64,000 nt of DNA. It comes from Acidobacteriota bacterium. Its GTDB lineage: Bacteria > Acidobacteriota > UBA6911 > RPQK01 > JADFOI01. Of this stretch, positions 9,741 to 19,772 are shown piece after piece. The notes below the pieces were generated by a model. The model made no database searches. It was not told where the DNA came from and saw only the letters and a list, made by a program, of their open reading frames with translations. The DNA lies in NCBI GenBank assembly GCA_963663035.1, contig OY760074.1, forward strand, positions 2,816,001 through 2,880,000, in the 5' to 3' direction. A program made the position numbers and the translations under genes. Within the stretch, counting starts at the first letter, position 1; each line of letters starts with the position of its first letter.

Positions 9741-10486
9741 TCCTCGCCACTCTCCTGCAACGCCTTACGGTGCGTTTCGAGACGCGCCTGGTGCTCTCGC
9801 AGCGCCGTAATCTTCTGTGCCAGATCCCGCCCCCGCCCCTTGCTGGGGCTCGCATCGGCCATGTCGGCCGCGTCCATCTCATCCATCTGCTGCAGGTACC
9901 GCTCCAGCCGTTCCTGGCTCGCCGCCAGATCGCGCCGCAGCTTGGCCACGGTGAAGTTCCGGTCCCGGCTGTTCACCGCCTTGATCCGCGTGCCATCGAC
10001 CGCGATCAACTCCCGGCCGAACAGTTCCAGGCTCCGGCACACCTTCACGAAGTCACGGAACACTTGCCGGAACGCCTCCCGGTTCTCGCGCCGGAAATCC
10101 GCAATGGTCTTGAAGTTCGGCCGCAGGCGGCGCAACAGCCAGATCGCCTCCAGGTTGCGGTGGGTTTCCGCCTCCAGCCGTCGGCTGGACCGCACCCGGT
10201 TCAGATACCCGTAGATGTACAGCTTCAGCAAGTCGGAGGGATCGTACCCCGGGCGCCCTGTCTCTTTCGGCTCTGCTCGTTCGAACCCGGCCCCAGCCAA
10301 GTCGAGACTGTCGACGAAAGCGTCGATGAACCGCACTGGGTTGTCGGGACCCACATAGTCGTCTACCGTGTCCGGCAGTAGAAGCACCTGTGCGCGATCT
10401 GTCCCCGTGATGTGTGCCATGCCCCATTCTACCTCCAGTAGGCAGGGGGGCGTCCCGGGGGACCCGGTGGGTTTTCACACAGTCTG
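9741..10486 (-). mobile_element. IS1182-family element truncated by IS6
   Basis: GRPGYDPSDLLKLYIYGYLNRVRSSRRLE and AVDGTRIKA motifs; end CAGACTGTGTGAAAAC; ORF cut at the IS6 IR. Confidence 0.9.
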
Positions 10487-10785
10487 GAGCGGTTACGCAA
10501 TGATCCGGCTCCAGACGTATTCACAAGGGTTCTTCCTATCCGGCTCAGGCGAATTGCCTGGAGCACCGTGGACATACCGCTGATCCCGACCAAAGTAAAC
10601 ACGGCCCAGGACAGAAAGGCTTCGGTCCCGCCTCCAGCGTGAACCACGATCGCCGCCGTCAAAACGATGCCGGCGACGAAGAGGATGGCTGGTTGTAGGC
10701 CGAGACCGAAGGCAAGCAGTATCGAAGGTCGGACGTCCGGTTTGTAGTGAATGCTTGTGCACAACTCCGAATCGTCAGCAGCCAT
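10487..10785 (-). pseudogene. N-terminal fragment of an NCS2 (xanthine/uracil)-like permease
   Basis: YKPDVRPSILLAFGLGLQ...GMSTVLQAIRLSRIG resembles the NCS2 N-terminus; truncated. Confidence 0.55.
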
Positions 10786-10965
10786 ACCGTCATCCTATGC
10801 CACACATGGACTCGTAGGTGCAAACGCGCTGTGAGTTTTGCCGACCCCAGCCTATGGCTGCAAGGCCCTCATTCGCGGGCCTCAGAACCAAGGCGCATTA
10901 ACAAGCCCTGGTCGGATAGTCTGGCGGCTCATTTAAGCGGATTTATGCACCCACGGCAAACCGGG

Positions 10966-12624
10966 TCAACTCTGGATCGCCTGCCGGGCAGTGAGAATGT
11001 CGTTGACGAGGCTCTGAACGTTCTGCTCGTCAATGAACGGCGAGAGAATGAAGCTCTTCAGGCCCACCATCGGCTCGCCGTAATCCGTTTCGCGATAGCA
11101 ATCTGTCATCGAGATGTGCACGCCTTCGCCACGCATGGCCCGGTCGTAGAGATATCGGAACAGTCGGCGATTATAGTCGTTGTGGCGCAGCAACTCTTCC
11201 CGGGCGTCTGGATCGGTACGCTCGCGGTCCTTAATGGTCCACGTATCGACCCCGTCGGGATAAACCCGAAACACCGTGACCGTTCCGATGCCGTCGTCGT
11301 TGAGCACCGTCGTCGAATCATGCCCTTCGAGATGCTCGCGCAGTGATTCGGCCATCTCCACAAGGTGGCCGAGGAGAACGCGGAGGCCGATCCGGCCGAA
11401 GAGATGGAGGTTAGCGTACGCTGCGAGCACGCCTGAACCGCTACGCGAAGCCTCCAGCGTAAACATCCCGGGGTGGCGCTCGCCGGACTGGAACAGATAC
11501 GGCATCTCGTTCCGGCCACGCACGAGGTATTGCAGGTCGGCTCGGTCACGGACCAGAACCAAGCTCGAGATGTATGGCGCGAAGCCGGTTTTGTGGAAGT
11601 CGACTCCGATGGAGTCGGCCCGGTGCAGCTTCGAGATGCGACGGCAAGCCGCCGCGAGCGCCCGCACCGTGCGTGGACGAAACCCGAGTGGATTCCGTTC
11701 GAAGTCGTAGCCGTTGAACACCGACCACGCCCATCCGATGACGGCGTCGGCGTGGACGTGCGGCGTGTAGTCGAGGTCGTAGTCGTCGACCAACCGGTCA
11801 CGCAGGTCGACGACCGCGTCGAGATCGTCTACGCCGAACGCGTCGGTTGTACCCATCGTCGCAACCAGCGCCACGATGCGCCGACCCTGGTCGATCGCCG
11901 CGCGGGCGGCCGCGTCGAGCCGGTCGATGCGGATGTCGTTTTGCAGGTGCGTCGGCACTTCAACAACGTTCTTCTCGCCGAGGCCGAGCCAGCCGGCGAC
12001 ATTCAGGCGGCAGTAGTGGCTCTGCGCCGACGCCAGGATCACGCCGTCCGCACGGATGCCGTTGCCCATCGCGTCGGGAAACGCCTTCTCGATGCCGAGC
12101 TTAATGCCGTAGAGCATCGTGCCAGTCCCGCCGAACGTAAAGACGCCGTCCGACTGCTCTGCGTCATAGCCGATGAGCCGGGCCACCATCGCGGCAACCG
12201 ACGCTTCGGTCAGCGCAAGGCCGTACGATGTATCATCGGAGACGAGGTTCGGGTTGTAGATGGCGGACAGCAGCGAGCCGATGATGCTCGGGATCGATGA
12301 CGGCGGGATAACGTTGATCTGCGTCCGCGGATGCCCCCAGATCGGTAGACCTTCGAGCTTGTCGACCAGCAGGCTCGTCACCTCCTCCACGCTGCGTCCC
12401 TCCTCAGCCAACTCCGTCTGCTCGGTGGACGTGTAATCGAGCTCACGAGGTCGGCCGAGCAGTGGCACCTCGGACTTCATGGCGTCGGCCTGATCAAGTG
12501 CCCGCATGATCGAGAAGACAAAGTACGCGTCGTGCATCCGGTCGGAAACCGGCGCAGGGAAGGCGTTACGTATCCGGGTCAGCAGTTCGTGGTAGATGGC
12601 ATTAGTCATGCGTAGAGAGTCCAT
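10966..12624 (-). CDS. Group II PLP-dependent decarboxylase
   Basis: GVFTFGGTG, ATMGTTDAFGVD, HADAVIG, SIGVDFHK (PLP lysine). Confidence 0.9.
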   Translation of the reverse strand: MDSLRMTNAIYHELLTRIRNAFPAPVSDRMHDAYFVFSIMRALDQADAMKSEVPLLGRPRELDYTSTEQTELAEEGRSVEEVTSLLVDKLEGLPIWGHPRTQINVIPPSSIPSIIGSLLSAIYNPNLVSDDTSYGLALTEASVAAMVARLIGYDAEQSDGVFTFGGTGTMLYGIKLGIEKAFPDAMGNGIRADGVILASAQSHYCRLNVAGWLGLGEKNVVEVPTHLQNDIRIDRLDAAARAAIDQGRRIVALVATMGTTDAFGVDDLDAVVDLRDRLVDDYDLDYTPHVHADAVIGWAWSVFNGYDFERNPLGFRPRTVRALAAACRRISKLHRADSIGVDFHKTGFAPYISSLVLVRDRADLQYLVRGRNEMPYLFQSGERHPGMFTLEASRSGSGVLAAYANLHLFGRIGLRVLLGHLVEMAESLREHLEGHDSTTVLNDDGIGTVTVFRVYPDGVDTWTIKDRERTDPDAREELLRHNDYNRRLFRYLYDRAMRGEGVHISMTDCYRETDYGEPMVGLKSFILSPFIDEQNVQSLVNDILTARQAIQS

Positions 12625-12756
12625 GCTGGAGCAATCACGTCAAAGCCCTCCGGCATCGGGCGTAATGCGCGGGCCCTGTAAGGCAACCGTCAAAAAGCCA
12701 TTGAACTTGCACTGAACGGGTATTGTCAAGTTACCGGTGAACGAACAAGTTCGATC

Positions 12757-13861
12757 AGCGTTGTTGCATGGATCGGGGCGGAGATGGAATTCGCCCTTTC
12801 TCAAGCGGTAGCGTCAGGCGATGCGTTGGAACACAGGCCGCCCGAGTGCGGTCATTGCGTTCAGAACTTTCTGGCCGACCTGGATCTCCGCGATTTGCCT
12901 GGAGAAGCTGCGAGATTTGAGCTTGGGGCCGATCACGCTCTTCCAACGACCGATCTGCGTTTCTATCCGGCTGCGTTGGTTGTACCCTGTGGCCACTTGC
13001 CAGGCCATGCGGCCGTTGCTGCGGATCTGGGCAATATGGCGATCCCGAACGGTTGGATCCCGCGCCGATTGCGGTCGGATCACTGCGTTCTTCGGCGGCG
13101 GTATAACCACATCCAGGGTCTCCCCATACCGCTGCCTCAGCATATCCCGTATAGACGCTCCATCATAGGCGCCGTCAGCCAGAAAGCCCGCGACAGGAGC
13201 ATCGAGTTGATCCAGGAGCCCGGGTAAGGCGGCGCTGTCTCCAACCTCATCGTGAGTCAGATCGGCGCAAACAATCGCACCGCTGGCCAGGTCCAGTCCG
13301 AGGTGGAGTTTGCGCCAGCGGCGGCGTATTCCCTTGATTTTATGCTTCTGGGCGAGCCATTCCCCCTCGCCGAAGATCTTGAGGCCGGTACTGTCCACCA
13401 CCAGATGGACAGCCACAGACCCGGCTTGCCTCATCGCCTGAGCGATGCTCAAGCCGTTTGCGCGACGCGACAGTGTGGAGTAATCCGGCACCCGTATATC
13501 CAGCCCCATGAGCGTGCCGATGGAGCCCATAAGTCCCTGCGTTTGCCGCAACGCAAGCCGATACGTCGTGCGCAGCGTCAGGCAGGTCTCGATCGCCAAA
13601 TCCGAGTATCTCCACTGGCCACCCCGTGACGTGCGGCGCGGCGCGCTCCACACACTTTGCGCCTCCTCACTGACCCAGATCGTCAGATCGCCCCCGCTGG
13701 CGCAGGCTCTCGTTATATTCCGCCCAGTCGATCACCCGATACTGCGCCTTATCGAACTTGTGCCGTCGGGATGCGTTGAACTTATGTGGCATCTAAGTTA
13801 TCCCCAGTGTTGAAAAACACCATGATTAGACATCCTTCGGGATGATCCATGCAACAAGGTC
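12757..13861 (-). mobile_element. IS5-family (IS903-group) element; transposase 12814-13792 with +1 frameshift
   Basis: IRs containing TTGTTGCATGGATC at both ends; VDSTGLK, RRWRKLHL, LADGAYD motifs; extra base in the C5 run at 13691-13695. Confidence 0.9.
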
Positions 13862-14192
13862 GTCCAGAGATGACTTCCCGGAAATAGACGGGGGAAGTGC
13901 CGTATTCGGTTCGCTTGTTCGTAGCGGAAATTACGATGGAGGCCCTATTTTAGACAGAGGCCCTTAAAAACCCGTAGGGCGTGGGATCGTTGCGGAACCG
14001 TTCCTTTGTGCAATCCCATCTATCGATATTCTTCAGATCATCTTCCCGCGGTCGGCATGGCCCATGGGATTGTACAATTGCCTTGCCCGGCAATCGTTTC
14101 TCCGAAGAGCTGTCGCCCTTGCCCTTGGTATAATCATTGGCGATAATCGAAGATTGCAGACTGATCGGAAATCGCCACCCCGGGAAACATCA

Positions 14193-14624
14193 ATGACTTC
14201 GCCGGTGCGAAGCGTGAATGTTGATCATGTGTCTCGGCTGATGGAAGCCGTCCGTATCGGGGGAGAATTGGACATGGAGAAATTCCTTCGGGTGGCATCC
14301 GATATCGGTGGCTACACGCCTGAAACGGACCCGGGCCACAAACCGGCTGGGCGGGTGGGAGCGTCTGACGATACCGTGAGATTAGAGTGGGTTTCCCGGT
14401 GGCTAGGTTTGAAGGATCCAGAAGCCGAAGTCCTGTTCGGTCTCGGCAAACCACGGTACACGCCTTCCGGTATCACGCGTGAGCATCTGTTGGCCGTGTT
14501 GGAGGCGATCCGCGAATGTGAGCCGGTGGATCGGGATATCTGGGCCAAGCACGATCCGGATCGGGACCGGAAACTTTCCGGCCTGCCTCCAAAAACCACG
14601 AGCCCACAGGAGGTAGGACCATGA
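14193..14624 (+). CDS. Hypothetical protein (phage/MGE-like)
   Basis: Plausible ORF, coupled to the next gene through an ATGA overlap. Confidence 0.55.
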   Translation: MTSPVRSVNVDHVSRLMEAVRIGGELDMEKFLRVASDIGGYTPETDPGHKPAGRVGASDDTVRLEWVSRWLGLKDPEAEVLFGLGKPRYTPSGITREHLLAVLEAIRECEPVDRDIWAKHDPDRDRKLSGLPPKTTSPQEVGP

Positions 14625-14863
14625 ACATGGATATGTACGTCTACCGGGTGACTGAAAAGCCGGATTCTGAAAGCGTCGGCGAGCCGGGAGAGCCATTCGA
14701 GGCGTTCAACTTGAGCGAGGCGAAGCGCATCTCAACGCGACGGCAGAAGGTAAAGGGGAGCGTGCTCGTCCTGGAGGATCTGACCGGCAGGCCACGCGTT
14801 GTCTCAACCAAAGGTACAAGCGGAAAATGGACGGATGAGGAAGAAGAGGAGACGTCCTACTAA
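14621..14863 (+). CDS. Small hypothetical protein (phage/MGE-like)
   Basis: GGAGGTAGGA RBS, ATGA overlap, acidic tail. Confidence 0.6.
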   Translation: MNMDMYVYRVTEKPDSESVGEPGEPFEAFNLSEAKRISTRRQKVKGSVLVLEDLTGRPRVVSTKGTSGKWTDEEEEETSY

Positions 14864-14985
14864 AGGGGTGTGCAGGCCACAAGGCAGCTGTTGCGACCTG
14901 CATCTCCGAGGCGCTGGACGCCACATGATTCCGTCTCTAACTTAGAGGTTGAGACCACTCGTAGGGACAGGTCAGCCTCACAAAA

Positions 14986-15013
14986 AGGAACGATAAAGGA
15001 CGTTATGTTACTC
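14986..15013 (+). other. dif-like site 3 (canonical XerC|XerD layout)
   Basis: AGGAACGATAA-AGGACG-TTATGTTACTC fits the ..ATAA-N6-TTATGT.. dif pattern; the last 21 bp are identical to site 1. Confidence 0.7.
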
Positions 15014-15125
15014 TCTCATGGGAAGTTGATATTAAGCGTATACTCCCCAAAGTCTTGAACGGTTTTTTTGTCACTGCCTTTGGGTCCGTACCGCTTCGGT
15101 GCACACCCAGGCCAGCAGCAGCAGC

Positions 15126-15428
15126 GGTATCCAGAATGTCCTCAACGACAAGAACGTCCCGTCCCTGAATGGGAATCTGAATCTCCTTGGTGACCTGCAC
15201 GCTCAAACGGGACTGGTCGTCTGAACCCTAGCTGGAAAGGCCCACGAAATCCACCGTCACGGGCACCTCAACGGACCGGACCAGATCGGCCATGAAGATG
15301 AAGCTCCCCTTCAAAAGACCGACCACTACCAGATCCCGCCCGGCGTAGTCCTGGGACACCGCACCGGCTAACTCCTTGACCCGGCCTGCGATCTGATGAG
15401 AGGAGTAAAGTGGCGTTAGGCCTTTCAA
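15126..15428 (-). pseudogene. hpt: Hypoxanthine phosphoribosyltransferase pseudogene
   Basis: VGLLKGSFIFMADL, SS*G (in-frame TAG at 15228-15230), VLVVEDILDT, then homology is lost. Confidence 0.85.
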
Positions 15429-15470
15429 ACCAGCGCTTCCTCTGGAGCGCCCGTACGATGCAGTATCGGT

Positions 15471-16160
15471 TTAGTTGATCCAGTCACCGTGGGCCTCCAC
15501 GGTCTCCACCTCTTCCATCTCGAAGACTTCACACGACCGGATCTTCCGTTTCCTGAACTGGAAGTAGCCCACCGCCGCCAGGATGCCGATGCCGCAGCCG
15601 ATGGCGTGTGTCCGGTAGCTCACCTCCGGAGAGAGGTTGGTGGGGATCAACACCACCAGTCCCACACCGACGGCATGCAGAAGACGCCTCGAGAACGACC
15701 GGGTTCTCTCGATGAGAACATAGAGGGTCAACCAGAAACCGGCCATCAGGTAGACGACTCCCGAGGCCCCTACCAGCCGGGTGTCAGGGGAATAAGTGAG
15801 AAGTGAACAGTAATTGGTGAACGCGCCTAGGATCAGCATGCCGAGCGGATGGACCCAGAAGCCGAAAGAGCCGTAAAGAAGGTAGGCGAAAAAGGTGAAA
15901 AATAGCGCATTGGCCAGAAAGTGTCTGAGATCGGCATGAACGGCGATCGCCGTGAACAATCTCCAGTACTCCCCCTCCACCCGAACCTGGCGTGGAATCG
16001 CCGCCAGAAGCTGAAACCATTCAGGTTCCCGCCAGCAGATCATGGAGAGAAACAAAAGCAGCATGACACTGATGACGGCAACCAGCAGGCTCTCGTCTCG
16101 CGGAGGCTCTGAGAGCATGGTCCTTTTGATGCGTACGCCTCCCATCCCCAGCACAGGCAT
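15471..16160 (-). CDS. Rhomboid family intramembrane serine protease
   Basis: EYWRLFT, HFLAN, GASG, H..G motifs. Confidence 0.85.
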   Translation of the reverse strand: MPVLGMGGVRIKRTMLSEPPRDESLLVAVISVMLLLFLSMICWREPEWFQLLAAIPRQVRVEGEYWRLFTAIAVHADLRHFLANALFFTFFAYLLYGSFGFWVHPLGMLILGAFTNYCSLLTYSPDTRLVGASGVVYLMAGFWLTLYVLIERTRSFSRRLLHAVGVGLVVLIPTNLSPEVSYRTHAIGCGIGILAAVGYFQFRKRKIRSCEVFEMEEVETVEAHGDWIN

Positions 16161-16179
16161 GCGGAAATAGTATCAGCAC

Positions 16180-16991
16180 GGCATTGTCAGAGAAAAACAG
16201 GCTTGATTCGGCGAGATGCGTCTTGTAAGTGTCTTTGGATGAAGAGCCCATTTCGCTATTTCAAGACTTCGCCCGAAATCATCCGCCTTGCGGTGATGAT
16301 GTAGGTGCGGTTTCCACTGTCGCTACGCAATGTCGAGGACCTTCTCCACGAGCGCGGGATCGAGGTGAGCCACGAGACCATCCGGTTCTGGTGGAACCGC
16401 TTTGGCCCGATCTTTGCCGCCGAGATCCGCAAGAAGCGGAAGGGTCGAATGCGGGCGTTGTCGGGTTGTCGGTGGCACCTCGATGAGGTGTTCGTGAAGA
16501 TCAATGGCGAACGCCATTACCTGTGGCGTGCCGTGGACCAGGAAGGCGAGGTGCTGGAGGCCTTTGTCTCGAAGAAGAAAGACCGCAAGGCCGCCTTGAA
16601 ATTCCTCAGGAAACTGATGAAGCGCTACCCTAGACCGGATGCGATCATCACGGATCGGCTAAGGTCTTACCGCGCGGCATTGCGTGAACTGGGCGGAAGC
16701 GGTCTGCATCAAGCTGGCCGCTGGCGGAACAATCGTGCGGAGAATTCCCACCTGCCGTTCCGGCGGCGAGAACACGCAATGCTCCGTTTCAGGCGGATGC
16801 GAAGCCTCCAGAAATTTGCCGCCGCCCATTCTTCCGTCTACAACCACTTCAACCTGCGGCGATCCCTCTGCTCACGGGACAATTTCAAGCTCAACCGCGC
16901 CTCTGCACTTGCCAAGTGGCGTTAACTCGGGCGGCCTAATTCCCTATCGCCAGTGGAGAACTCAGACCTGCTAATTTCCTCTGACAGTGCT
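16180..16991 (+). mobile_element. IS6-family element copy A (transposase from 16239, in-frame TAG)
   Basis: IRs GGCATTGTCAGAG / CTCTGACAGTGC; WHLDEVFVKING, LWRAVD, NNRAENSH motifs; TAG at 16302-16304. Confidence 0.95.
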
Positions 16992-17016
16992 TTTTGCGGG
17001 GGGGGGTAGGTCAGCT

Positions 17017-18606
17017 CTATTGACCTTCGAAATCCGTTGAAGTGAGATAGTCCGATGCCTCTTTCAGACCCGGCACGGAATACCCGCTCCAGATGTTCTG
17101 GAGCTTTCGATATTGCTCGGCGGCCAGGGCGCGATTGCCCAGGGCCGCATACGCGCGCGCCAGTCCGCGAACGGACAGGGCCCGGTTGGGCGTGCGCAAG
17201 AGCGCTGTCTGGTAGAAAAGCACGGCCTCTTCCGCCTGGCCGAGTTCCAAGAAGATCTCGCCGGCGAGCTCGTACACCGGCTTCACCGGGCTTGGAGCCC
17301 CACGGGGTGGACGCATGCTTTCGGCTTGCTCCACGCCCTTCTTGATGTGCTCGATGGCGCCCGTCGTGTCACCCTTTGCCAGTGCGTCGAGGGCCTCGAT
17401 CTCGTGCTGCGCAACGCGCGCCGGCTTGGCCTGTCGGTCAAATAGCGACGCGCCCGCAGCTAGCTTGTCGGCTACCAAACGGATCTGGCTGGCTGCTTTT
17501 CCGAGCGTCGCGTTGTCTCCGGTGTGGTACGCGCTGATACCGGTCGCCAGAAGCTCGTGTGCGGACGACTTCTCCGTCACCGGCTGCACGTCCCACGTTT
17601 CTGTCTCCAGAACGTAGCGCGCTTTCACCAGCGGCAGGCTCTCAACACCGCGAGTTTGCGAGCCACTTTTATCAGTCAGTTCCTCGAGCCTTGCGATCCA
17701 GGTCTTGGCCTTGGCGTAGTCGCCACGCTGAAGGTCACCGTACTGCCCCCAGTCAAGCGGGTGCACAGCACTACCAATGTCGTCTCCCGGCTCCCACAGG
17801 TTGATAGCCACATCGTAAGCAGACTGGTTGGCCCTCGAGACCCGTTCCCACATGCCCCGCTGGATGAAGATGTGCGAAGGCATGTGACGCGCGTGCGCTA
17901 CTGCTTCCGCGATCTCTGCGAAGCGATAGGCGGCGGGGATCGCCAGCGGCGCATGCACCGGGTCGTCGAAAGAATGAATGATATAGTGAGCGGCACCCGG
18001 ATGATTCGGATTCCTCGCGAATACTTCCATGGCGACCGCGCCCGCCTCGACGTACATCCGAAAGGTGGTGTCACCGGAGGGGCGCACCGCAGCAATCGTG
18101 GCCAATGCGTAGTGCGAAGCCACCTCGTCGTCGTTGGGGTGTTTCTCGTACAGACGGCGCATGGCTTCCATGTAGCCAATTTTGCGCTCGGCGACATCTC
18201 CTTCGCCCCATAGAGTCTCGACCGCTTGCAAAAAACCCTTTTCCCGTTCCGTGGGCGCTTTCGCAAGCCGTTCTCCAGGCGTTGCTCCCAACCGCTTCAA
18301 CACCGCACGAGGCGAATCCAGATCCTGGTCACCGAGGAGCGGATGGTTGTAGCAGAGACTCTCACCCCAGTAGGCCATAGCAAAGTCCGGGTCCAGCTTC
18401 TGTGCCGCCTGGAATTCAGCGATGGCCTGCTTCCATCCGAAGCTGTGCAGAATGGCTGCACCACGTAAGAAACGTGCCTGCGCTTCGGGTGATTTCGTCG
18501 ATGTCGGAAAGACGAGCGTTCCGACGTCTTTACCCTGAGCCACCACCATACCCACACTGATCGTGAGCACGAGTAATGCGTTACAAATTGTCCGGAACCC
18601 CCTCAT
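17017..18606 (-). CDS. Secreted TPR-like helical protein with HMPSH motif
   Basis: GAGGAGG RBS before ATG 18606, signal peptide, HPGAAHYIIHSFD, HARHMPSHIF. Confidence 0.8.
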   Translation of the reverse strand: MRGFRTICNALLVLTISVGMVVAQGKDVGTLVFPTSTKSPEAQARFLRGAAILHSFGWKQAIAEFQAAQKLDPDFAMAYWGESLCYNHPLLGDQDLDSPRAVLKRLGATPGERLAKAPTEREKGFLQAVETLWGEGDVAERKIGYMEAMRRLYEKHPNDDEVASHYALATIAAVRPSGDTTFRMYVEAGAVAMEVFARNPNHPGAAHYIIHSFDDPVHAPLAIPAAYRFAEIAEAVAHARHMPSHIFIQRGMWERVSRANQSAYDVAINLWEPGDDIGSAVHPLDWGQYGDLQRGDYAKAKTWIARLEELTDKSGSQTRGVESLPLVKARYVLETETWDVQPVTEKSSAHELLATGISAYHTGDNATLGKAASQIRLVADKLAAGASLFDRQAKPARVAQHEIEALDALAKGDTTGAIEHIKKGVEQAESMRPPRGAPSPVKPVYELAGEIFLELGQAEEAVLFYQTALLRTPNRALSVRGLARAYAALGNRALAAEQYRKLQNIWSGYSVPGLKEASDYLTSTDFEGQ

Positions 18607-18714
18607 GGCCTCCTCCTCAAGGTAACTAAGAAATTGCTTTCTGGAGGCTAGTTTATCTGGGATGGGAAAGTGGGTCAACAGGTATTTACCTAGAAAACAG
18701 CGAACCCAAAAGGA

Positions 18715-19517
18715 GGCATTGTCAGAGAAAAACAGGGTTGATTCGGCGGGATGCGTCTTGTAAGTGTCTTTGGATGAAGAGCCCATTTCGCTATTTCAAG
18801 ACTTCGCCCGAAATCATCCGCCTTGCGGCGATGATGTAGGTGCGGTTTCCACTGTCGCTACGCAATGTCGAGGACCTTCGCCACGAGCGCGGGATCGAGG
18901 TGAGCCACGAGACCATCCGGTTCTGGTGGAACCGTTTTGGCCCGATCTTTGCCGCCGAGCTCCGCAAGAAGCGGAAGGGTCGAATGCGTGCGTTGTCGGG
19001 TTGGCGGTGGCACCTCGATGAGGTGTTCGTGAAGATCAATGGCGAACGCCATTACCTGTGGCGCGCCGTGGACCAGGAAGGCGAGGTGCTGGAGGCCTTT
19101 GTCTCGAAGAAGAGAGACCGCATGAAATTCCTCAGGAAACTGATGAAGCGCTACCCCCGGCCGGATGCGATCATCACGGATCGGCTAAGGTCTTACCGCG
19201 CGGCCTTGCGTGAACTGGGCGGAAGCGGTCGGCATCAAGCTGGCCGCTGGCTGAACAATCGTGCGGAGAATTCCCACCTGCCGTTCCGGCGGCGAGAACA
19301 CGCAATGCTCCGTTTCAGGCGGATGCGAAGCCTCCAGAAATTTGCCGCCGTCCATTCTTCCGTCTACAACCACTTCAACCTGCGGCGATGCCTCTGCTCA
19401 CGGGACAATTTCAAGCTCAACCGCGCCTCTGCACTTGCCAAGTGGCGTTAACTCGGGCGGCCTAAGTCACTATCTCCAGTGGAGAACTCAGACCTGCTGA
19501 TTTCCTCTGACAGTGCC
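18715..19517 (+). mobile_element. IS6-family element copy B (in-frame TAG, 9-bp deletion)
   Basis: Direct repeat of copy A with scattered substitutions; TAG at 18837-18839. Confidence 0.95.
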
Positions 19518-19646
19518 CCCGAAATCGATCTCACGACGGCCTGGGCGGCCAGCAACGCGGGCCTGCCGCAACCCACGACTGTTCGTTAGCATCAGTCCGG
19601 CCAAGGCTACCCGCACACCCAAAATTGCGATTATTTCCCCGAGCAT
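19518..19646 (-). pseudogene. Remnant of a small membrane-anchored protein
   Basis: MLGEIIAILGVRVALAGLMLTNSRGLRQ after a GAGGA RBS, cut by IS6. Confidence 0.35.
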
Positions 19647-19772
19647 GCTTTCCTCGGTCAGTCGTCTAGTATCTTTTGCGGACTCCCACCGCGCCTGAGG
19701 CAAAACCCATCGCGGGTGACGATACCCCGGCAACCGCACTTGCAATCAGCTTTGGGCCACTGATCGTAGATC

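Noticed and set aside
11473-12300. Long antisense ORFs (also 9689-10381, 33896-34606, 42277-42975, 47789-48544)
   Set aside because: Shadow frames of well-supported genes on the opposite strand in GC-rich DNA.
13691-13695. Programmed frameshift in the IS5-family transposase
   Set aside because: A single extra base in a homopolymer is better explained by mutation or sequencing error; this group normally uses one ORF.
13961-13974. 14-bp repeat CCCTTAAAAACCCG also at 63081
   Set aside because: Short, with no extension or associated structure; cannot be distinguished from chance.
18607-18786. N-terminal extension of the 589-aa ORF
   Set aside because: It runs into IS6 copy B; the real start is ATG 18606, which has a strong RBS and a signal peptide.
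19695-19740. Possible c-di-GMP-I riboswitch (GGCAAAACCC...GGGTGACG)
   Set aside because: Lacks the GNRA loop, the GCAAA junction and the second stem.
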